A stretch of 64,000 bases of DNA from Parasitella parasitica NRRL 2501. Taxonomy: Eukaryota > Fungi > Mucoromycota. Below the pieces are notes generated by a model. That model was not told the origin of the DNA. It ran no database searches and saw nothing but the letters and a program-made list of their open reading frames with translations. Where the stretch lies: contig MU619293.1 of assembly GCA_025201805.1 (NCBI GenBank), forward strand, positions 69,613-133,612. The letters run 5' to 3'. Position 1 is the first letter of the stretch; every line of letters starts with the position of its first letter. This document shows, in pieces, positions 54,882 through 64,000 of the stretch. The position numbers and the translations under genes are program-made.

Positions 54882-55520
54882 AATATGTTGATAATCTATA
54901 AAGGAAAAAGAGAACGGAGTGTGTCGTTTACAGTTTAGCGTCGAGTTAACCTACCACTCTTGTAGAGAAAATTTCTAATTTGTCAAAACAGCGGTCTCGC
55001 CACTACTCCACAGCACAGATTCCCTTCAAAAGTGAGTTTAAATTTGATGCAAGTGCTCCAAGGCTTGTGCATCCATCAACGTTCAAATGTCTAGTTGTTT
55101 GCAAAATAAAAAGAAAAAAAAAACTGCAAATGTATCATTGCAAACTACATAAAAGCCTGGAATTTATTCTACAGCCCTGCGGTGCCATACGTTTTGCCAA
55201 AAATTCTGGGAAACTCGGGTGTTCTAAACGACATGGTCACGATCTCGGATGCTTGTATACTATATCTTGCTAGATCAAATCAGGTCAGTAAACCAGACGT
55301 ATTTATAAGAAAATAAAAGGCAAGTACTGGTTGCTTCAATTTCTTTCGATCAAGAAAGACTACTTAAAACAATGAATAGCGACAATCTAGTCGACTCAAT
55401 GCAAATCAAGAGGCATTAATTCAGAGTCACGACTCATTTGTCACCGGTGAAATGCGTGTACAGTTGAAGATGTTAATTTCCTCCTCTGTTTATCCTGTTA
55501 GACTATATAATCTTATAAAT

Positions 55521-57026
55521 ATGGACCTTGTTGCACGTAAAAAGCTCAACTTGGAGGTTCTAAAAAGACACGATGCCAACATTTGCGATATTCTGGACCA
55601 GTCAGCTCATGCTGTCGTATACAAGTTTGATACTGAAAAAACCAGCTGGGTAAGATAGTTGATATTCATTATGCTGTCTCTATAACTAACAATCGCTTCG
55701 TTTTGATCGCTCAGGAAAAACTGGGTTATGAGGGAGTCATTTTTCTAACGCAAGGGTAATCATCAAGACATGCCAGAATTTCGTTTCTAGTAATTCTAAT
55801 TTGAATCCTAAACTTAGGAAAGCTGCACCTTATTTTGGTTTATACGTTTTGAATCGACTTTCTATAGAGAACTTTTCATTGCACTTGACAGATTTCGAGG
55901 AAATCAATCTAACAGACGAATTTATCATTTACCAGACAAGTGAAGGTAAGATTTCAACCGAGAAATTGGATCATGACCACCAGGGATATTGAATTTGAAC
56001 CGTGTCGATACATTTCTTGCAGGTGAAGCTTGTGCATTATGGCTTTTTGAAAAGAAGGATCGTGAGCGAATCTTAGCAAAAATTTTGAAGTAAGCGTTTA
56101 CCAGACAAAAGCAAAAACAATCGTGAGTATTTAGGACAAGTATAGATTACATGAAGGCATAAAGGCATTGCCATCTACTCAGCAACACCAGCAGCAGCAT
56201 CAAAAGTTACAGCAGCAGCAGCAGCAGCAGCAACTTCAACCAACTGAACCAAAGGTAGATATTCTTCAAATGCTGAAAAAGGCTACAACTACGAGCCCTC
56301 CTTTACAATCTGTCGAGAACGATCTATTAAACGTATTGGGTCAAAAGCTACCATCTCAACAACAGCCACAACAGCAACCACATCAAGTACCTCCGCTTAT
56401 GCAACATTCGCCAATGCCACCTATGATGGGTCAGACACCTCCCAACTTTGCGATACCTATATCAGAATGTGCTGATAGAGCTGGTAATAGACTACAAGAG
56501 CTTTTTGACAGCAGCAACCACAATATGGCTAATTTGAATATGATTGAACCGCCACAGCGACGGGTTATGGCTAATGGCGAATTAACAAAGCCTTTTTACC
56601 CTCCCTTTATGAACATGTCACCTGCTTCATCTCCAAACAATAGAAACCCAGGTGCCCTACTACAAGCTCTTCATGGCGGGCTTCCTCCCCAACCTCATGC
56701 CCTTCCATTACCATTACCGCAACAGCACCAGCACCAGCAATCGGTTCCTATGGGAACACCTTTAATGCCTCAACAGGTCATGGGTTTAATGAGACCTGAA
56801 GTAGCCAGAAGGTTTGGCGGTGGTAGACCGATGTTGTCTAAGCCTGAATTCATTCAGCAACTGTTGAACATGATTCAGGTAAGTTTTAATAACTTTTTTT
56901 TTTTTTTTTTTTTTACTCTGGAGCCATCTTTTAAAATTATGTATTTAGTGTGATCCTACTTTTTTCGACATTCTTTACGAGAACTACAAAGGGCAAATGG
57001 GTCCTCCTGCTCCTGCCCCCCTTTAA
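55521..57026 (+). CDS. DCP1: mRNA-decapping activator Dcp1
   Basis: EVH1 domain (LNLEVLKRHD, VVYKF, EGVIFL, VLNRLSIEN, LW..EKKD), Q/P-rich linker, C-terminal helix LSKPEFIQQLLNMIQCDPTFFDILYENY. Confidence 0.88.
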
Positions 57027-57672
57027 ATCTAGATAAATCTGTGAAAAAAGGACATTTGATCTTCTGTACCCAGATCATCTTATTGACCAAATACTCAATT
57101 ACACAAATTACTATTACGATTTTAAATGATGTTTTGTCTCAGAGATAATTGCAAAGACCAACATTCCTCGTACACCTTTATATATATATATGTATTGTAA
57201 GGAACCATTCAACAACGCAAGCATCAAGATGCTTCAGATGAGAAAAATCGGATTTTTTTAAAATAGGCTGGCTGTATACCAAGATACGAGGTCGTATGAG
57301 CCTCATTTATCAGAAATAAGAAGTTATTATCAAGCGGGAATAAGAAACCAGATAAAGAAAAGTGTTCAAAGATGATTCATATTTTATATTTCTCGATTTA
57401 GACAGTGGTGTGAATGATGCAGAAGATAGGATAGAGAGTATTTGTATCTTCTTTATTTATTTGATTTCATGCGGATATGTTACTTTTGTTGAAGCGAGTT
57501 AAGTATTGTTATCCGACCTAAAATTATGAGTTTGAGAAAGGGCGGAAAATTCTATTATATCTTTAAACAGAAGCAAAGGCACTATTACATTATAAGAAAA
57601 GAGTTGAATATTTATTTTACTTATATTACAAAAGAGATTGATGAGATAATGGTGATTTTGTGGGGCCTACTG

Positions 57673-59321
57673 CTATTGTGAGTTAGCATTTGGAGTATTG
57701 TTGTCTACTTTGAGCTTCGTGGTGGGTGCTACATTCACATTAAAGAAAGGAGTATGCTGAGTTGGAGAAGATGGACTATCTATCTCAAAGTAATCAAGAG
57801 ATTTATAGCTTGCAGATCTTTTCGGTATTGTGTTATGATGGATGTCGTTATCGTTGATATTACATAATGAGTTAGATGAATGAATGCTACTAATATAGTT
57901 TTTGAAAGATGAATTGAAACTTGATGGTCGACGTGCACTCTCTCGTATCTTTTCCATGGTAACTTGTAGACTCGAGGTGTTGCTTTGCGTATCGTCTTTA
58001 TTGCTGTGGATATCAATCATGGTTGTTGGTAGTGACTCTATATGTAGCAATTGATCTAGGCTGTCTTTGGGTGCCGGGGTTATGCAAACCAACGGAAATG
58101 CACCTTTCTGGGCTGTAGTGACATTATATCCCAACGCCCAACCATCATCAAAATGCAACGCTAAACAAACAATATCCCCAACATTCAGTTCTAATTCATC
58201 AAGCATTTGTGGCGAATAAGCATGGGCCACTGCAAAGAATTCTTCGTGTAGAATTGTATTATCAATGACTGGTTTCAGATGAGTTGGAATAGTCGTCGAT
58301 GCATCACCATCAGCAGTTTCCATTTTGTCATCTCTAAATGGTGAATCAGATGTATTCAATTTAGACGCATTGAAAGCAACATCATCGTTAAGGGTCGTTG
58401 CTGTTAGATTATTTGAAAACTGTTTTTGCTGCTGTTGAGATGTGATGGTGGTCGAGGTGGTTGATGATGACAAAAACTGCGTAAAAGGGTTTTTGTGTGT
58501 ATGGTGCCTTTTTCTACAGCAATACCAAATGCCCGCAAAGAGTACTGATGCAGCGCCAATCGAGCTGCCAATGACGATTCCGACAATTGCACCTGCAGAC
58601 AGGGAGTGTTTACAGTATGTTACTTGCTGACAGCACTCATCATTGTCATGATCCCTACAATAAGTACAGGCAGCACGAATATTGTCACCAAAGCCTTTTA
58701 AATTGTTGTTAATTAGACAATCAGGCTCCACAAAATTAGAAGGTGATAATTACCACAGGAATAAGGTTCGTTTGCGATACCGGATATACAGTTGTCGGCG
58801 ATTGTGCCGTTGAAGCCTTCCCACGTATTACATTGATCAGTATAAGAGGCAAGCGATGTATTTCTTTGAGAAGAGTTTGAGCATACCCGAGGATTTTGAG
58901 TGATGCGGGTAATACTGTCCACCCATTCGAGACAAGTAGATTGACAAAGAGGAGGTGGTGTCAATCCATTGTCAAAGTTGCATGGCAGGGAATAGCTCGG
59001 GTTTTGTATCATGGCAACGCATAGCCTAGTAAGGGAGTACCGAGCATAAGGAATAATTGGGTTGTAGTTGGAACTTAAACATCCCAAGGGAAACAGATAA
59101 TCACTTGTCGAGTTGACATATTCAAGTAATCGTTCGTCGAATTCTTCAATAGTGGTTGTGTTTATCAGAAATGGATAATCGTATTCCAGCCCTGGGAGGC
59201 CGATGTAGAATTGAGAAAATGCTGAGCAGGTTTTTGAGTTGGCTAAAGAGACACAGCTGTTTTCAGCATCTTTAGCACTTGCCACTGCTAAAATTAAGGA
59301 TATAATTGTAATTAAAAGCAT
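57673..59321 (-). CDS. Single-pass membrane protein: Cys-rich (Frizzled-CRD-like) ectodomain, TM, cytoplasmic SH3
   Basis: Signal peptide, more than 12 Cys in the ectodomain incl. PPLCQSTCLEW, TM LSAGAIVGIVIG..., SH3 motifs HAYSPQMLDELEL..GD, DDGWALG, GAFPLVCI; one intron near 58696-58753. Confidence 0.82.
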
Positions 59322-59954
59322 AAAGAAGTCTTCATGACACAACTCTTTTTCGAATGAAAATAAAAAAGAGGGTAAAAGGGATTATCAAGCAAAGAAGCGC
59401 CACTTTGCAACTAACCAACAATTAGAAGTTTGCCCAGTTCAGTTCATTGACATCCGATTGGTTAGACTCACGTTCATATTTCTCTCAAGTATCATGAATT
59501 ATGGATAGATTAGAGCAAGTTATCAAGGCACCATCAAATGCATATATGCTATAATTGGCCATTATCGAAAGCATGTCAGAGCAATGGAATTCAAAGTGTT
59601 GTACAGATATGGAATTGTTCATAAAAAGCACGATGGCTTCTTATGATCAATCCAGATATTTACCAACGCCGTCTTATTCATTTTTGGTTCAGCAGCTACC
59701 TAAAGAAAATTGGTTTCTCCCATTGCTATCGATAGATCATTTGTCTTTCTTGGCGGTTTTGGTTTAGTATCTGCCTGGACGACTATGACTATTTTTTCAT
59801 GATGTCGTACGCCGTAATCAAATGAAAAAAACAAAACAAAAAAAGCCCTTGAGTTCCAAGCAATCAATTATATGATACAAACGGCAAGAAAGGTTGAATA
59901 AACCTTTTATTCTGTTTCATTTCCATTAACGTGTAAACTACTCTGGTGTTTTTT

Positions 59955-60414
59955 TTACAGTGCAGAGCTGGTGCGTTGAATAAATGATTGCACCCCTTCG
60001 CAATGGCAAGAATCATGAGCTAATAATAGTTCCCTCAAAGCAATTACTTCACTTTTTAAATCACCAACCATTACACTCAATGATTCGTTTTGCACCGATA
60101 GAAAATCTGCCTGTTTAATCATTTGCTGCTGTTCATTTTTCTTTCGTTCTCTACAACGGTAAGCTAACGATTATCACTGTTAGCAAGCAACAAGGAAATT
60201 CAATAAGGTAACTACCGGCAAGTCGGTTTCGCTCTAAACTCTGCTTTCTTTTAAATGTGGTTTCTTCTGCTGATGGCTGACCTGAATTTGTTTTGGATGA
60301 ATTCTGTGATGAGTGATGATTATATAATAGTTGGCTTGTTTGCATTATTTGCTCGTGTTGCTGCTGCTGTGGATCATGTACGTCAAACTGAAAATTATAT
60401 TGATTTTGGTGCAT
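59955..60414 (-). CDS. Small bZIP transcription factor (Atf1/ATF-CREB-like)
   Basis: After one intron: KRKQSLERNRLAAYRCRERKK, leucine zipper, LLLAHDSCHC. Confidence 0.88.
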
Positions 60415-61449
60415 TCTTTTTTCTCCTAATCATTAATAATGAAAAGAACTAATTTCGCATAATTTTTTGTTCCAATTTACCACTTCTGTTTGTGTGTAAT
60501 GTTTGTTTGTCGCATACAAGCTGAAACCTACCATTCTGAGTCATACAATTAGTGCTTCCTACACCGAATGTTCGAAAACTCTGCCCGCTTTTTTGAGGCT
60601 AAATTGATCTAAACGTGTGAAGTTAATTTTGCCCATCTTTTCAAAAATGGCAAACTCATATTTGAGTTTGTCTGTTGTTTGAACGTTCAAAGCATGCTAT
60701 TTTATGCGGCAAGTTCTACCACGGCTATATAGTTTGGCTTTGTAGTCATATGCATCGATCTTTGTTCCACGGAGATAATATGTGGTACCAAATATAAAGA
60801 ATTATTCATATTTCACGTACTCATTAAAATAATTAGGTTCTTACTACTATTTAATAAAGCTATCGTATGAAATGATTTTTATCAGGTCAATGTTGACATC
60901 TGCATAGCAAAAAAGCTATTTAGCAGATACAACAGCAATACAATGTCCCATCCTGAAGTTGTAAAATGTTCATAACTCTTGTTCTGCAATTTTGCGATTC
61001 TCATAAAAGAGATTCAAAAAAGATATTATCATATGCCCTTGATGGGAAGGAAGAGAAAGTCATTGTAGAAGGGCTCGTTCAGATATCGTATAATTGTGAA
61101 CAGAATCAAGATTTTTGTGCTAGGTTACGAAAAGGGCCCAGTAGATATGATTGATTTGAGATAAAAAAAAAGGAAAATATCACTACCATAAATACACAAA
61201 AGATTTTACTGATCATCTTGTACAATCAAGAAGTTCTCTAAATATTTTATATTGACTGAATCTACATGAGTCAAGCTATGAATACAGTCAGATAATACTT
61301 TACAACATTTAGTAGTAATTTTAAGATCAAGATACATAGTGGACTGCGATCTAACGTGGAAAATTTTAGCGTTAACTGATGTATCAATTCTGAAACTGGA
61401 TGTCAATATATTATAAACTCGTACCAAAGAGTAAAATATCATATCATAT

Positions 61450-61870
61450 AATAATAAAATGACAAGACATTTGGGATGATAGATATATAATCTACCCATT
61501 TATCTTTTGGATCCCATCGCTAAAACATGTATCCTCACATCGTTTCCCTCAGTTCGTAGAGAGTATATAAACCCTCTATTTTAATATATTAAACGAATCT
61601 TTACCTGAATATTTTTCATCCAGTTTTTTTTGATAAATGATTGACTTCGCTATCTGGCGAAAACATTTTTGTAACAGAAACCATAAATTTTCGTAGATAA
61701 TCGCTGATAGGCAGCGATAAAAAAGCAAATATAAACATGTCTTAGGTTTCATTGAATTAGGAATGATCATCGCTATTTGAGCATAACCTGGTTCCCACTG
61801 GGCGATGTGTCCATCAAAAGTTATCTGCAAAAATAGTTTCACGTTGGCTATCGAAGTTTAAACACAAATC
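61450..61870 (-). mobile_element. Possible degenerate CACTA/En-Spm transposase fragment
   Basis: Fragments LQITFDG, QIAMIIPNSMKPK and RIHVLAMG resemble the DGF / IIPGPKKP / HLL..GD.PA motifs of CACTA transposases; heavily decayed. Confidence 0.35.
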
Positions 61871-62112
61871 ACGTGATTTGTTTTTGTGCTGGATAAACGA
61901 AGTTAAATAAAGAATGGGTGTAATAAGTATTTGCTGTAGTACTACTGAAGCTACAACAACTTTTGAATCATTATTATTAATTAGTATTTAATTGAAACTA
62001 GATATCAAGTCGATATAAATTCATCTGAAGCCAACGACAACTCAGCTCTATGAAGTTAAATTATTTTTGTTCCTGAAAATATCCACATTAATATAGTTAT
62101 CGACAGATTCAC

Positions 62113-62423
62113 ATGAATCAATCTACGAACACAATCAGATCATGTTTGAACATTTTATCGTTAAGCAAAATTATATCACAAGCAAGCGCGGTCTAAAGAC
62201 CTTTTTATTTTATTTAATTAGCTAATCATTTATGGATGTGAATCATTCACCAATAAGTTTAATTTCATAATTTAGAATAAGTAGAAATTGATGGTTCCTT
62301 AATATTCAACACATTTCATGATTACTTTATTTATAATCTATGACATTTAACCTTAAACTTGATCAGGATTGGTTTCCATGACAACGTTGCCAAAATAATG
62401 GAAACCATTGTATTATATGGATG
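62113..62423 (+). repeat. Diverged dispersed repeat, copy 2 (homologous to ~10820-11120)
   Basis: Same collinear blocks as copy 1, same orientation. Confidence 0.75.
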
Positions 62424-63569
62424 CCGTACCTCAGATACCTGAAACTGAACAATCACAACCGGGCCACAACACGAAATTGTTTGAATTTCATAATTGATAA
62501 ATTATTTCAAATATATCCTTTAGATATTAAACATCTAAATAAGGTCAAATATTTAGACAAGTCTATAGGGCTGCTTAGTATTTAACTAAAAAGTTGTACG
62601 TACTGTATCCGTCGTATTATTCGTTGATCCGATGGCAGTTTATCCCTGAATCTAAATTTAAACCAACCATATCATTCTGTTTTTTCTTTTAATCATATAT
62701 CTTTTTAAAAATCATAGCATATTCAAGTAAATGACAATCTCTATTTTTATAAATTCGCATTATCATTGTATGTTCTCTGTTAAATCAGCATATCCAATAT
62801 CAAGGAAAGAATATACAGTCGGGACTCTTATAAAAGACGGATTGATGTATAAAAATGTGTTTGATGTAGCGAGTTGTCCCCTATTCAGAATTGATACTCT
62901 ACAGTACAGTGCCTGGAACCTGGAATATACCAGAAGCTTATATGAAGCTTAGCTTTTGTTAGTAAAATCACCTTCAACCTCAATTTTTACCTCTATTCTA
63001 CTTTTTATTCTACATTTTCAGCATTAAAATCACAAAAAAAAGGAACGCTTGAACTGGCACTAAGCATTATTATAAGCAACAATCGTGATAGGGCCTCTCT
63101 GTTAGTAACAATTAGCAGCTTTTGTGATTATTCACAAATAACAAGGGGTTATTACAGCAAAACATTGTATTAATTAATTATTCTCTTCCTGTTTCATCAT
63201 ATTACTATGAAGAAAGTATACTTGCTGCATCAAAAACACTTACTTTATAGAGCTATGTCATGTACTAGAATTGATATAGACCTGATATCATCCCCAGATA
63301 GATATTTTTTACAGCTTAAAAGCAAAAAATTGAGCTTTGTGTGCCATTTCTTGATCGATTTTAATAATCAAAAGTGCCCTGAAAACACGAAAAATAGTAT
63401 CCACTGATAAAAGACTATATTATAGATGATTTTGGTGCAATTTGAGCAAGATTTTTTTTTCGATGAAAAATGACGGATTTTTTCAGTTTTTCCCTTGTAT
63501 CCACGCATCCAAAATCATCGATTATGCATTATCCTCAATTTTGACCTCAAAAATGCAACTTTTTACTAT

Positions 63570-63935
63570 GACATATATTGGAGGAAAATGATCGTAAAAG
63601 ACCATTCCATGATCTGAAAGACTGGCAATGAGCTTTGATTAAGCAAAATATTAACTTTTTCCTCTTAATCTGTTTTTGAGGTTTTTCCGCAGAACTCCTT
63701 CCATAAGCATACGGGAATTATGAAATGATACCATCGTGTAGAGCGCCCAAAAATACAACTATTATCATAGACTGACAGCCGTGGTATGCATAGTATCACA
63801 GGATGATATCTTGCCTCAAAGGAGTAATTTTGGTTTTTTTTTGTCCAAATGGAGTTTCTGAAAGAATTTTTTCTTCCTGATTTTGGATGCATTGAATCTC
63901 CGCTATCAATGAAAATGGTATTATTTTGAAGAAAG
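63570..63935 (-). mobile_element. Possible degenerate Tc1/IS630 transposase fragment (first catalytic Asp region)
   Basis: FLQNNTIFIDSG and IVVFLGALHDGII resemble N.VFIDE.GF and SITILGAIS..GII of Mucorales Tc1-like transposases; frameshifted. Confidence 0.4.
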
Positions 63936-64000
63936 CATTAGCTTTGAGAGGCTATAGCTTACCCAATTCATGAGAAAAATAATTGCAACCTATTCTATTT

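Overview
A gene-dense, intron-rich eukaryotic window from an early-diverging fungus, most likely Mucorales (short ~50-70 nt GT-AG introns, Mucorales-type transposon relics, AT-rich intergenic DNA). About 24 spliced protein-coding genes can be rebuilt by hand: an orphan 7TM-like protein, mitoferrin, 3-hydroxyisobutyrate dehydrogenase, a SWIM protein, a DDT/WHIM chromatin factor, TM9SF3, an OPT transporter, Vcx1, Pom152, a low-complexity regulator, ArgRS, U2SURP, Med6, ASNSD1, an mL46-like Nudix protein, Trm44, a Mid2-like sensor, eIF5, a giant SEL1-repeat protein, a PY-motif protein, U2B''/U1A, Erg26, Rpb3, Dcp1, a Cys-rich/SH3 receptor-like protein and a bZIP factor. Decayed mobile DNA lies at ~10.3-13 kb, ~39.8-41.3 kb and ~60.9-64 kb, and there are four N gaps. 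No rRNA, tRNA or CRISPR features were found, and no convincing multi-gene novel system. The best leads are: three perfect SreA/Fep1-type ATCTGATAA boxes upstream of mitoferrin; a mini mL46-like protein with an intact Nudix box whose CDS overlaps ASNSD1; a Frizzled-like CRD-TM-SH3 receptor candidate; an animal/plant-type Dcp1 trimerisation tail; a 5-nt microexon; GC-AG introns; and very tight tandem gene spacing. All family assignments are from motif recognition, not database searches.
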